NCBI GenBank assembly: GCA_035084275.1
Contig: CM068750.1
Span: 4,278,001 to 4,342,000 of the forward strand
Origin: Hydrolagus colliei
Taxonomy: Eukaryota
Length of the DNA: 64,000 nucleotides
Direction: 5' to 3'
Below are positions 49,094-61,619 of the stretch, one piece after another; positions within the stretch are counted from its first letter, which is position 1, and every line of letters starts with the position of its first letter. Under the pieces are notes generated by a model, which was not told the DNA's origin, made no database searches, and worked only from the letters and a program-made list of their open reading frames with translations. The position numbers and the translations under genes were made by a program.

Positions 49094-50339
49094 GTGAGTG
49101 AGTCAGTCTGTTGTCTCTGTAATGTCTCTGTAATGTCTCTCTGCCTCTCTCTTCCGCGTGTGTGTCTCTCTGTGTTTCTCTCTTTGTCTCTGTCTGTGTG
49201 TCTCTATCTCTCTCCCNNNNNNNNNNNNNNNNNNNNNNNNNNNNNNNNNNNNNNNNNNNNNNNNNNNNNNNNNNNNNNNNNNNNNNNNNNNNNNNNNNNN
49301 NNNNNNNNNNNNNNNNNNNNNNNNNNNNNNNNNNNNNNNNNNNNNNNNNNNNNNNNNNNNNNNNNNNNNNNNNNNNNNNNNNNNNNNNNNNNNNNNNNNN
49401 NNNNNNNNNNNNNNNNNNNNNNNNNNNNNNNNNNNNNNNNNNNNNNNNNNNNNNNNNNNNNNNNNNNNNNNNNNNNNNNNNNNNNNNNNNNNNNNNNNNN
49501 NNNNNNNNNNNNNNNNNNNNNNNNNNNNNNNNNNNNNNNNNNNNNNNNNNNNNNNNNNNNNNNNNNNNNNNNNNNNNNNNNNNNNNNNNNNNNNNNNNNN
49601 NNNNNNNNNNNNNNNNNNNNNNNNNNNNNNNNNNNNNNNNNNNNNNNNNNNNNNNNNNNNNNNNNNNNNNNNNNNNNNNNNNNNNNNNNNNNNNNNNNNN
49701 NNNNNNNNNNNNNNNNNNNNNNNNNNNNNNNNNNNNNNNNNNNNNNNNNNNNNNNNNNNNNNNNNNNNNNNNNNNNNNNNNNNNNNNNNNNNNNNNNNNN
49801 NNNNNNNNNNNNNNNNNNNNNNNNNNNNNNNNNNNNNNNNNNNNNNNNNNNNNNNNNNNNNNNNNNNNNNNNNNNNNNNNNNNNNNNNNNNNNNNNNNNN
49901 NNNNNNNNNNNNNNNNNNNNNNNNNNNNNNNNNNNNNNNNNNNNNNNNNNNNNNNNNNNNNNNNNNNNNNNNNNNNNNNNNNNNNNNNNNNNNNNNNNNN
50001 NNNNNNNNNNNNNNNNNNNNNNNNNNNNNNNNNNNNNNNNNNNNNNNNNNNNNNNNNNNNNNNNNNNNNNNNNNNNNNNNNNNNNNNNNNNNNNNNNNNN
50101 NNNNNNNNNNNNNNNNNNNNNNNNNNNNNNNNNNNNNNNNNNNNNNNNNNNNNNNNNNNNNNNNNNNNNNNNNNNNNNNNNNNNNNNNNNNNNNNNNNNN
50201 NNNNNNNNNNNNNGTCCAGCTGCCGGCCTGGCCTCCCCCACAGTCCGGACCCTGAGTAAACCAGCGGCACCCCCCAGGTCTCTGGTTAGTGTTTAATCTG
50301 CCACGTCCCCCATTGCCCTGTTACTGCTCCACCAGCAGC

Positions 50340-50467
50340 CTCCCCCCCCCCCCCCACTGCCTCCCCCCCCCCACTGCCTCCCCCCCCCTCACTGCCTCCC
50401 CCCCCCACTGCCCCCCCCCCACTGCCCCCCCCCCCCCACTGCCTCCCCCCCCCCTCACTGCCCCCCC
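50340..50467. repeat. C-run minisatellite (C)nACTGC, G-quadruplex-prone on the minus strand
   Basis: Repeated poly-C tracts separated by ACTGC, running into a gap. Confidence 0.85.
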
Positions 50468-51872
50468 NNNNNNNNNNNNNNNNNNNNNNNNNNNNNNNNN
50501 NNNNNNNNNNNNNNNNNNNNNNNNNNNNNNNNNNNNNNNNNNNNNNNNNNNNNNNNNNNNNNNNNNNNNNNNNNNNNNNNNNNNNNNNNNNNNNNNNNNN
50601 NNNNNNNNNNNNNNNNNNNNNNNNNNNNNNNNNNNNNNNNNNNNNNNNNNNNNNNNNNNNNNNNNNNTGAATCTGATACTTTAGCAACCATTTTGAATAT
50701 CGTATGAGAAGCTCACCGAGGTTTGCTTTGCTACAGCTAAACCAATCCTGTGCTTTTCCTTTCCTTGTAAGCTTAGATGACGCACTTCAATTTAGCCTCC
50801 AACTTAATTGTTTCCCTTTCCCCTCACCCTGTTCCCACCCTGTTTCTTCCAAGAGACATTCTCCAAATTTGGTCAATAAAGCCATCAACATTCTGGAATA
50901 GTTTTCTCAATTCTAGGAAGCAATTTTGAGATTCCTTTACACTGCAATAGTCTACCTGAGAGGATATATTTAGTCCTTCATTTGCTTGATTGATTTATTG
51001 AGGCAAATTACCTATGAAACAATAATAATAATACTAATAATCCTTGCCTTTGATATATAGCGCTTTTCACATCTTCTGGAGAATACTGTATAGTAGAGAA
51101 TATAGTTCTATAACTATAACGATACTGGCAGCTTTAGCAATATTCTTTTTTCTGTGAAAATGTTTAATGATGGTATAACACTTGGATTTTTTTTATCATC
51201 GCTGAATAGAGATGAGGTAAATGGGTGGTAGTGGTGTTGCGGTGGAGCAAAGCATTAATTACCTTGTTCTAAATTAAGAGCATTCTGCCCGAGGAGACTA
51301 CGCATGTGAGTTTGACTTGTTAAAAAGATTTTATGGATCTGTTCTCTGTGTGGATGCCCAATGTTTGAACTGCTGAGCAAATCTGGACCAGCTGTACATC
51401 CTGCTATTGTCTTGGGTGGATCCATATTGCTCCTGTTACCATGTAAACACGTCAGGGATATGAGATTCTTTGGTAGAAAGACCAGTTTCGAATGTTGGCT
51501 TGAACATGTCGACTGGAGGTTTGGGGATTTTCATGCTTTATTCAGCCCCAAAGAAAATTCTTAGCATTTCAACAAAACTGGAATGAAAGGCGCTCGATAC
51601 ATATAAATTGTTACAACTGGCAGATTGTTTAGCAGAAGGTTAGTGGGAAAACTGAGGCCAGGAAAAGTAAAACAAGCAAATTATCTCCAATCCTATTTAA
51701 CAAAGTCTGAATTTTTATTCTGAATTTTTATCGTCTTTTTATTGCAGACGACGAATATCTTTCCTTTAGCTGAGAACCTGAAGAGTTTTTAAATTTTACC
51801 TATAGATAGCTGGTTCTTTTAACTTCTATTTGATGAGTTTAATCTGAGGACGACATATACTTGGAGTGATAC

Positions 51873-52126
51873 ACAAGCGAGAGACCTGGGCTTGATTCCA
51901 GGCAGGTCAGGGTGAAATCTTGGGCAAGTTTTTTTACTCCAACCGCCTGATGATAATCCCCCCCCCCCACCAAAAAAAAAAGTGGCCAGAACTGCTGGGT
52001 GCATTTGGCTGCCGCGTTTCACCCAGAAAATATACAGTCAATTCACTTTACAGTATATTCTGTGAAGCGCTTTGAGACATCTAGAAGATGTGAAAAGCGC
52101 TGCATTAAATGCAAGGATTATTATTA
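51873..52126 (+). mobile_element. tRNA-derived SINE, partial head
   Basis: CAAGCGAGAGACCTGGG..., body and tail. Confidence 0.85.
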
Positions 52127-52738
52127 GTTGCTCGTTCTCTGAGCTATACACTTACTTGAATCTGTTTCAAGAGTGGTGTTTTGTTTTTTTCCATGGAGAA
52201 CAAGTTCCAATTGTTATCAGCTGATCAGGGCTAAATCCTTGGTTTGTTTGAGAATCATTCGCACAATTAATTCCTAGTTTCCCAGTATGAAGAAAGATTA
52301 CCCGTGCAGCGAGGCTCCATTCCTGTTCGATCGAGTCTCCTGTTTACTCGCTATTTTCAGAATTGTTCTATCGGTGAACTGCCGTGAGTGGCTATGTATT
52401 GGAGTATCTTGGCAGTGGTAATGTGTTCAATATGATTACATCCTTTGACAGTAATTTTGGTCAGCAGGCAGTGCGAGCAAAGCTGTTCAATGTTGTGGGC
52501 ATACTCGCCTTATGTAGTCTCTGCTGAATTTAGAGAATGACTTGGAACACAGTCAAGATAGCCAGAAACCCTAAGGATATACGATGTATATTTTCATCCC
52601 AGCTAATCAGGAAGTGTTGCTGGACACCACACAGAGCAAATTGATTATCTTCTGAGCAAGATAATGAACTGCTATGGTAATGATATTTAGTGGTGACATT
52701 GCTAGTGCAGTAATAAGCATATGGTACCTCCATTCAGT

Positions 52739-53007
52739 GGATCTCCTGTAGCTCAGTGGTTAGAGCAATCGCCTTACAAGTGTGAGCCTAATAGTAATCC
52801 ATCCCCCCAAAAACACAATAATAAAAATTGGTCATTTCAATCCACGATTGTTTGTGGGACACTGCTGTACGCAATTGGCTGCCATGTCTCGCCCACAAAC
52901 ATACAGTATATTCACTTTACAGTATATTCTGTGAAGGGCTTTGAGATGTCGATAAGATGTGAAAAGCGCTATATCAAATACATTACAAGGATTATTATTA
53001 TTATTCA
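52739..53007 (+). mobile_element. tRNA-derived SINE with deletion after the head
   Basis: CCTGTAGCTCAGTGGTTAGAGC head, body and (ATT)n tail. Confidence 0.87.
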
Positions 53008-53585
53008 TTCACTACCAAGGGGTCTCCTGTGGAGGATGTCCTAAAGCCCCGGTTTTAAATAGTAATGCTTGGATTTTTGGTGTTTGCGTCAACAAAGGAT
53101 GTGACTGATCAGTGTGATTCATGTCGGAGAGCGGTGAGTGCTGGCAGCACATGATGGGGAGGGTGAGGGGTGGGTCTGTGCAGAAAAGAAGCCCTTGCAG
53201 TGTGAATGCTTCACGTGTTTGAAATGAATTTGTCTGTTGTACAAACCAGACAAGTATTACCACAATGTCCCCATTGTAAACCTGTTCACATTACGGTGAA
53301 GCGATGCCTGTTTTCCAATCAAAAGAAGTTGTTTTATATCAAGAACAAATGTACTAGTTAATGAAAACCTTTTTGTTTCCCACAAGAAATTATACACCAA
53401 TTTCCCCAGTGAATTTCTCTATTGACTGCACTATGTTTACACAAAATGTTATGTATAGTTCAGGGTACATTATGGTCAAACAGTTACCTCCCCTGAGCTT
53501 GTATTGAGCTTTATATTATCTGAGGTAATAAAGTAAATTAAATCTTCTTTGATCGAATTGCATCAAAAGCGAGTTTATGCTTCCT

Positions 53586-53800
53586 AGGAAATGCCCGTTT
53601 ATCTGGCAACCTCAGGACCTGGCCAATGCCGGTTAAAGCGCATGCCGGATATTTGGCTGAAAACACACAATTTAAATTTTTTTAAAAAAATAATACATTG
53701 TGCCGGATAAATTCCGGTTAATCGAATGCGGACCTTTTTTTGAGGTGCCGGTTATACGGAAGTTACGGTTGATCGGGTCACGGATAAACAGGCTTTTACT
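53586..53800. mobile_element. MITE, Tc1/mariner Tigger-like
   Basis: Terminal inverted repeats AGGAAATGCCCGTTTATCTG and CGGATAAACAGGCTTTTACT (16/20 match); internal CCGGATA/CCGGTTA sub-repeats. Confidence 0.6.
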
Positions 53801-54212
53801 TTACATAGGTAGATACTCGACTGTGTGTGTCTCTCACTCTGTTCCGTAAGCAATTGCTGCAGTTAATCCCAGCCCAAAATGCAGAGCGTGAAGTCTCATT
53901 GGTGACTTTCCAATTTGAATTGAACTCAAGTGATTTTCCCAGGGATTGAAGGAGAATGTAAGATCTCATAGTTGTCTGGTATTAAAATCTGAAGGTGTTT
54001 GGGGCTAATTCCAATGCAGTATCTCTTCCAAAAGAGTTCATTTTTTCATCAATCGAAACACTGACTGTTTTTTTGAAACTTTATAGGTTCAATGAGCCAA
54101 ATCTTCTTTGCTTTTGTGGAACCTTCGTACAGTTTGCACCAAAAGTATATTTTTTTCACATAGAATATGTGAAATACCTCTACTCGTAATTGAATGGGTT
54201 TGATGAGCCATT

Positions 54213-54330
54213 TAATAATAATAATAATCTTTGCATTTGATGTAGCACTTTTCACATCTTATCGACGTCTCAAAGAGCTTCACAGAATACACTGTAAAGT
54301 GAATTGACTGTATATTTGTGGGCAAAACAA
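54213..54330 (-). mobile_element. SINE 3' fragment
   Basis: (AAT)n CTTTGCATTTGAT...GTGAATTGACTGTATATTTGTGGGC. Confidence 0.8.
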
Positions 54331-54408
54331 ATGATTGAGTTTCTAATGACTGCACATGATATTTTTATAGTTGGACAATGATAATTCAACTAACTTTGTT
54401 TGTTGCAG

Positions 54409-54452
54409 GAGCTGCAGGCGTTCTTGTCGGACACCCATTTGATACTGTAAAG
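54409..54452 (+). CDS. SLC25A29: SLC25A29 coding exon 2
   Basis: tgcag|GA...AAG|gtgagt, 44 nt; AAGVLVGHPFDTVK. Confidence 0.93.
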
Positions 54453-56868
54453 GTGAGTTGGCTGATATTTGTGTTATTTGGTTGAATAAACGCCTGAAGC
54501 CTATGAAAGGCTACACGTCTACATCTCTTTTGGGGGTGATTCTCTGTGCCTGTATATTTAGTTTAGGACTATATATGACAGTGTGCGTTACAATGGGATG
54601 TCCCAATTACCACCCACAGGGTAAAAAAATAATACAATTAAATCCACCATCATCCCAAGCATCACCCCCTTTTGTACCTTTTCACTAAATGTATTGACTT
54701 CCAGATTTCTTTTTTTTTTTAAAGTGCTTTAACCCGAAAAAAAATATGTTAAGCACTGACGGAGATTAGTTTTCATTCAAATGCTTTCAAAACCATTCAA
54801 GAGAAAGTCTGTCCAAATGTTCCAACATTGAGAGCTTTAACGGTAAACTGTTTCAAAAATATTTGTTTAATGCTCTTGATGGATTTTGACCTCAAAATTG
54901 ACTTGGGGGGGAATGATCAGAATTGATCTAATGAGCGAAAGTAAAATGTATTTTTACTTCAATAAGCAAAGAGGTTGTCTTAAGATATTAGTGCTTGCTG
55001 AATTACACTTGACAACAACGACAAAAATAATTTTTGTACATTTGAGGCAGGATCATGTGGGTTTCATTTAAGACCCAGTTCTTTTGCTTAGAAATGTTGA
55101 GATTGAGGGTGAGATTAAAGTGTGCAATTTTTGTTTACGAGCAGCTAGTGGAGATTGTTGTTGTGGGATTGAGTTTAAAAGGCCATTTGAGCACAGGAAT
55201 ATTTACAGGAAATGTTGGAAATTGCTCTCTCGAACCCTACCCTGAATTTAATCTAAATTTGCTTCCTTTGCTGAAACTGTCCTTCACTGGGTTAGATTGT
55301 TAATGGACATACAGCCAACAATCAGGCTGGCTGTGCTGACACTTCATCCGCAAATGCTAAATACTGCAGCATTTATGATTGAGATATACAGTACTGTAAA
55401 TGTATATGTCCCATTGTGTCCTGCTCTCTGGCTTAAGAAAGCAGGAGCCAGGCGAGGAGCTAAGAATTTGATGAAGGAAGATTGTGACAGAGAAAGGGGT
55501 AAAGAGTTTTGGTTCGGTTTGGCTCAAAAAAACAGTGACTTGTCTGAAAACTCAGTTCGTCCAGTGAATAGCTGAGCCTCAAAAAACAAGAGGTACCCAG
55601 ATGTGTTGCTGTAAATTAGATGATCTCAGACATGGCAGGCAATAGTAGGAAAGCTGCAAGTGTTTGGCCCTGGGTTAGGGAAAGGGGAAATTGGACTGGG
55701 GTTCCAACCCTCCTTTTAGAGGTTCATGTTGAACATAATACTGCCGGGATTGCAACCAGGGACCTATAGAGCTGTACTGCAGCAAGGAGTCCATTCCTCT
55801 GGGGAAAGGGGAGATTGAGGGAAGAGTAATGATGGGAGGGCAGGCAGGGGGAGGGGAAGGGGTTGTCTCTGTAACATTCAGAATGGCTGGAGAGAGGCTG
55901 AATCAATGTGTGAGCTCATTGGGTGATAAGAGTGTTGCAGGTAGTGGTTTAGAGACTTTACCCACGTGACAGATGGGCAGCGAACAAAAGCTGCGACTTT
56001 CCATCCAAATGAAAAGGTTAGGAGAGATCCTATCAGCAACTGTGCCCTCCAGCCTCCTTGCTGCTGGCTCAGTGTAACAAGTGGTGAGGCCTGGGAGTCG
56101 ATTATTTAGCCCGAGTCAAGGAGAGAATGTGGGAGACGATAGATGGGTTGGTGACCTGACTGAGAGGGAAACAAAATCACAAGTTGACCAAAAGGATTCT
56201 CGAAATCGTTGTGTTTGGTGCTACCACTCTAGAAACCAAAGCAGCTGTGGTTTACGCTGTGAATCTTCAGCATAGCATGACGTCAGTGCAGATTAAAACC
56301 TAAGGCGATATTTTCTGATTGTCTTGAGTTTTCTAACCAGGATACTCATACAACGCTGATGGATTAGGAGCCACTCTATAAAGTGTTCCGAGACATTTTT
56401 TTTTCTTGCTATTTTCATGTAAATGTGTGAAGTTTGTTGCGTTTAACTGCTTCTACTTTCTGAGCTAGGGGCTGTCCTCATTAACAGCAAAAGTGTTACT
56501 TTGTGATGAGAGATAAGCCTCATCACGGGAGAATTCCTAGTAAGTACAGAAAAGGTGAATTTATACATCCTTCAGTTTCTGTCCAGTTCTGAATTTATAC
56601 CACGTGACTATCACTTTTCAGAAAAGCAAAACTGTGGAGTCTTAAACACACATATAGCATGTTTCTGTTTCTTCTGTAAACTTTGCAGAGTGTAAATTTT
56701 ATCTGCGACTTAAAAGTAGTTATAGCAATAAGTACTGTAGATGCTATCCATTATCAATAACTTTTAACTGCAATTTGAAGCGATAAATTGTGGACACAAA
56801 ACATGTCTATTGTACTGCGAGTCCAGTTTGAATCTGTTCCCCTTTCTAGAAGTGCACTTGTTTTGTAG

Positions 56869-56952
56869 GTTCGACTTCAAGTACAAAATCCAGATAAGCC
56901 ACGTTATCGTGGGACTTTTCACTGTTTCCAGTCCATCATAAAACAAGAGTCG
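56869..56952 (+). CDS. SLC25A29: SLC25A29 coding exon 3
   Basis: tag|GTT...TCG|gtaagt, 84 nt; VRLQVQNPDKPRYRGTFHCFQSIIKQES. Confidence 0.94.
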
Positions 56953-57456
56953 GTAAGTCACCTCTATGCTTGTTCCTCAACAGTCAGCCATGGTCTCTGC
57001 CAAAGTGCTGAGTCTAATTCCTTGTCTAATGAACACTATGGGTGAATATACGAATGAGTCGGCAGGTAGAGATTGTTCCCGTTGCAGAACTGGGAAGATT
57101 CCAGATTTGATTCATGCTTATTAATACTATTTATTAATTCTTGCATTTGATAACCTCAGAAAACTGCAGGGTTGCTAGCTCTCGAGCTCTGTTTTCAAGT
57201 CAAATCACAAGTTACTGATTTGCCGTCCCAAATTCCTTTCCCATTATGTGTCTTGGCATGCATTTTTTATTCAGTTGACTCAAAGGTATGTCTGAACATG
57301 CGTGATGTTCCTGTATGTAATTTCAGTAGATAAGCAGTATTACAGTGTGTTGGAATCTTGTTATGATTATAATAATAATTATCCTTGCATTTGATACAGT
57401 GTCTTATCATGCCCACGAGATGCCTCAAAACCTCACAGAATATGCTGTAAAGTGAA

Positions 57457-57702
57457 ACAAAGACAGAAATGGCTGAGAATACTCAGCGGGTCAGGCAACA
57501 TCTATTGAGAAAGGAAAAGTGAGTCAACGTTGCAGGTCCATGACCAGTATTGTGTATTGTGTTCTGACGAAGGGTTGTGGACCCGAAACGTTGACTCAAT
57601 AGACTTCCTCAATAGATGCTGCCTGACCTGCTGAGTGTTCCCAGCCATTCCTGTTTTTGTTTCAGGTTTCCAGCATCTGCAGTAATTTAGTTTTGTTGTT
57701 GG
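57457..57702 (+). mobile_element. Non-autonomous fold-back element, Penelope-like pLTR derivative, with 14-bp TSD
   Basis: TGCTGTAAAGTGAA direct repeats at 57443-57456 and 57703-57716; about 90-bp imperfect inverted arms (57454-57545 vs 57572-57663); hammerhead core inside. Confidence 0.8.
57555..57601 (+). ncRNA. Putative minimal type I hammerhead ribozyme motif
   Basis: Stem I TATTGTGTT/GACTCAATA, core CTGACGA, stem II GGGT-TGTGG-ACCC, GAAA, minimal palindromic stem III region AACGTT; activity not shown. Confidence 0.6.
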
Positions 57703-58910
57703 TGCTGTAAAGTGAATTGACTGTATATTTTGTGGGGAAACAACTCGACAGCTAATTGTGCACAGCAGCGTCCCACAAACAGTCGTGGATTGAATGACCC
57801 AATTTTTATTTTTTTTGGGGGGGAAGGGATTATTACTCCCAGAAAATTAGCCAACTTTTCGCCCTTCCGGGGAATCAAAACCACATCTTCTCGCTTGCGG
57901 GGTGCGTGCCACTAAACTGCAAGACTCTATATGTACAGGAAACCAAAAAATGTATTCCGCTATTGGTTAATGTAGGGGTGTCATCCTGACGTGAAACATT
58001 TTGTTATTATTGTAAAGGGATGAATATCAAACCCTGTGTTTAATCTCGGGCGTGTTCTGAGAACAGAACCTTCATGCATTGTTGTGAGTTTCTGCCTTAA
58101 GACATGTCAGTCTGGCTCGGTTGGCAGGCTGTAGTAACCATATGTGCATCACACACAAGCTATTTTGGAGCGTTAGGCTCTGGAGTGAGACTGGCACAAA
58201 TGGAATATTTCTGTCTGTAGGATTGATGGCTGTGCTGGATTTAGCTGTGAGATACATTTCTGATTTGAAATGGGCTATTATTACTCGAGCTACTATTTGA
58301 TGTGACTGGGAGGTGTAGCACAGGCCTGTCAGATCCAGCCAATTGAAACGCTTGATGTACATAAAGGTTTAAGTCGAAACAATTTTGCAATAAATAAACG
58401 CAGGATTATAATGGGAAGGTGGTGACCCTTTTGGCAGGGCGAGCTCAAGTCAGCTGAGTCTGTTGTGAAATTGTGTCTGCCGGTTCCTGTCCTTGCCATT
58501 GCGTCTTAGTCATGGTGGATTTGAAGTGAAATTTTGATGCTGATTTGGGGGAAAATGACAATTCACCCACAAAATACTGTCTTCAGCCAATTCACTTTAC
58601 AATATATTCTAAGTGCTCCGGGCGGTGGTGGGGTGGGCCTTCATAAATGGAAGTTGTTGTTCTGCGAAGCGCTTTGAGATGTTTCAATGACACGATAAGA
58701 TGCTGTATGAAATGCAAGGATTATTATTATTTATTATTATTATCATGTGATGCAAACGTAATCTAATCCGACAAGTCTTCATGTGCTGAGGAGGAATGCA
58801 GGAGAGATTTAAGGTCATGGACCAACCAATGTTTTTTTTTGTATTTTGTCTGTGAAATTTTATTGAGACTTTTAAAAACAAAAAACTATTAATATCACAT
58901 TTTGTTCCAG

Positions 58911-59654
58911 ACCTATGGACTCTACAAAGGTATTGGTTCACCAATGATGGGTTTGACCTTTATCAATGCTATTGTATTTGGCGTCCAGGGAAATGCAATA
59001 CGTTACTTAGCGCGGGATACACCGTTAAATCAGTTCCTCGCGGGGGCTGCGGCTGGGGCAGTCCAGTGCGTCATCTGTTGCCCCATGGAACTAGCCAAAA
59101 CAAGAATGCAACTCCAAGGCACGGGCGAATTAAAAGTAACGAGCAAAGTCTACAAGAATTCTCTGGACTGTTTGATTAGAATCCATCGGAAACAAGGGAT
59201 CCGTGGCATCAACAAAGGCATGGTGACTACAATCGTAAGAGAAGTGCCTGGCTTCGGCTTCTATTTCCTCACGTATGATTGTTTGACCAGAGCCTTAAAC
59301 TGTGAACCCGATGACAGTCTTATAATCCCCAAATTGCTCTTTGCTGGGGGAATGTCTGGGATAGCATCGTGGCTGTCCACCTACCCCGTTGATGTTATTA
59401 AGTCCCGGTTGCAGGCAGATGGAGTGGGTGGAGTGAACCAGTACAATGGCATTTGGGACTGCATCCGTCAGAGCTACCAGAAGGAAGGGTGGCAAGTGTT
59501 CACGAGAGGACTCACCTCTACTCTGCTGAGAGCTTTTCCTGTCAACGCCACGACGTTTGCCACAGTCACACTCTTCCTCATGACTGCGAGGGCCGAGGAA
59601 AATTGCAAAGAGCTGGAGCCAGCCCCAGCGATCCAGCAGCCATCAAGCCTGTGA
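58911..59654 (+). CDS. SLC25A29: SLC25A29 last coding exon (stop TGA)
   Basis: ccag|ACC; GLYKGIGSPMMGLTFINAIVFGVQGN, CCPMELAKTRMQ, YPVDVIKSRLQ, C-terminal QPSSL*; the joined CDS is 906 nt. Confidence 0.95.
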   Translation, partial: TYGLYKGIGSPMMGLTFINAIVFGVQGNAIRYLARDTPLNQFLAGAAAGAVQCVICCPMELAKTRMQLQGTGELKVTSKVYKNSLDCLIRIHRKQGIRGINKGMVTTIVREVPGFGFYFLTYDCLTRALNCEPDDSLIIPKLLFAGGMSGIASWLSTYPVDVIKSRLQADGVGGVNQYNGIWDCIRQSYQKEGWQVFTRGLTSTLLRAFPVNATTFATVTLFLMTARAEENCKELEPAPAIQQPSSL

Positions 59655-61585
59655 AGCCATTTTGCTGTGTCTTCCTTCCTCTACCTTTGGTAGAGTGTGT
59701 CCTCTCCGATAACTGGATTTTACTCGTTCTATTTTTATAAATGTAGTAAGATTATGAAAGATGTACTAAGATGTAAATAAGTTCTGTGTAAGAGTTATTT
59801 CTTTATAAGGTTAGCCTTGAGTTTTATGTTACAGAATTCCATCCAGTTTTGGCTGCTTGTGAGGCCACAGCTTCATTCATGCCTTTAGAAATCTAATGGA
59901 ATGTACATAGTGTATTTTAGTTAAGGACAAAGCAAAGAATGTGATTTTTTTTGCCCTTAGGCATATAATGTACAAAAAAGCTACTTCTCTGACTTGACAA
60001 GAATATGTTGATTGCACAGAGGGTCCAAGTTTCAACTACCACATTTGTAAAGAAAGTTAAAGGACAGAAATGGCAAATATTGTGGGGTTGACAGCAAAGG
60101 AGCACACAGCTGACGCCAGCTGAACAGCCAGTTACTTGCAGCTACATTGGGGCGAAGGCGCAGAAAATATGCTTGTCAATTTTCTAAAGCTTAACTCGTA
60201 AAAAGCTAAATTATCTATTTTGAGGAGCCTGTATTTAAAGTGAATGACTAATTGACTGAGGAGGTATGCCTCCGCATTTAACATATTCTAACTATTGTGA
60301 ACACAATGTGAAGTACAGTGTTTAAACTGCACGCAAATCCCTAAAGTCCTTAGGTTTTAAGTCACACATCTTTACTGTTGTTGTTACATGATGTCGGGAA
60401 ATATCTGGCAGAATTATATAAACTCTTTTTTTTAGACCGTTCAGCCCAACTGCAAATTGGCATTCCAATGAAAACGGTTATCAGCAAATACTGATTTTTT
60501 TTTCTCTATTTCACACCCACTGTGTACTTTTGTTGATGTGCTGTGATGACTCATGCATACTTGCAGTTTCCTGATATTCTCAGAATATGTTATTAATATT
60601 TTAATAGCTAAAATTAAGTTGTATTTGGAGCCAAGTCGAGTTACAGTTAATTTTGGGGATTCTGGCCACCATCCATCAGCCACATTCTTAACCCTGGTGT
60701 TTTTTTTTGAGTGTGTTGTGGTCTCTTGCGTTTGATATTAAATGTTTTGTGCGGAGTACATTTATAGTTTTTTTTCATTGATTGACTGATGTACTACGTG
60801 ATCTATGAGGAGTCATACTGATCAGAGTTCCCAACTCCCTTAAATGCGTGGTTTAAAGAGTTGATCACCTACTCTTAGCCACAGATCAGGCAAGTTTTAA
60901 TTTTATGTAGCCAGAACTTTTTCAATGAGTTAGCAGATCACTAGAGCTAATGGTTTGACTGATTTGAGTTAGTCAGCTCACAAATGGAGAAATAGTTACT
61001 GTGATCTGGGTACATAAAGCTTCAGTCCTCATTTCCCCCAAAACTCAAGTGTGCTGTTCAATATTACCCCAATTTTGAGAAGGGGGGGGGGGGGGGGGGG
61101 GAGTTTTTAATGAAAACTCTCTCTCCCAAGCTGACTGTGGGCAGCAGTGTTGGGAAACTTCATTTGTGGTATGATCTCAATGTGAGATGTTCCAGTTAAC
61201 TCATTCAGTGCCCTGTGGAAATGGAAGTACAGCCTCAGTTCTGTCTATCAGGTACCAGTCTGAAAATTCCACACTAAAGAGTCCACAGCCGTGTTACAGA
61301 GAGGTATTTAATCTCTGGCAGTTTTATGCCTTACTGTCCAGAAATTGATTTTTAGAAGTACACAAGTTGGTTTTCAACTACTGAAAGCTCATGGATTCAA
61401 ACGTCCATCCGCTCCTTTTATAGTTCACTTTTGCACAAGACCTCTTCTCAACCCATTGTGCAGTTGCAGGAATGGACAAAAACGCAAGTTGTGTTGACTT
61501 GTCTTTTGGGGGCATATATATCTTGTATCAGGTGACCGATAGGTGGAATTAGATTCCAACCTTTCTGTGTTGCTTGGGACAGGTG

Positions 61586-61586
<1 letters not shown>

Positions 61587-61618
<32 letters not shown>
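61587..61618. repeat. (TA)n microsatellite
   Basis: Perfect TA run. Confidence 0.95.

Positions 61619-61619
<1 letters not shown>

Larger units (their letters stand above)
47169..50667. other. Region containing four assembly gaps (47169-47372, 47688-47837, 49217-50213, 50468-50667)
   Basis: N runs; the SLC25A29 promoter and first intron are only partly visible. Confidence 1.
57370..57927 (-). mobile_element. tRNA-derived SINE split in two by the fold-back insertion
   Basis: Tail part at 57370-57456 and body/head at 57703-57927 rejoin into one family copy when the insert is removed. Confidence 0.85.

Noticed and set aside
49041-50691. ORFs spanning N runs
   Set aside because: Open only because of assembly gaps
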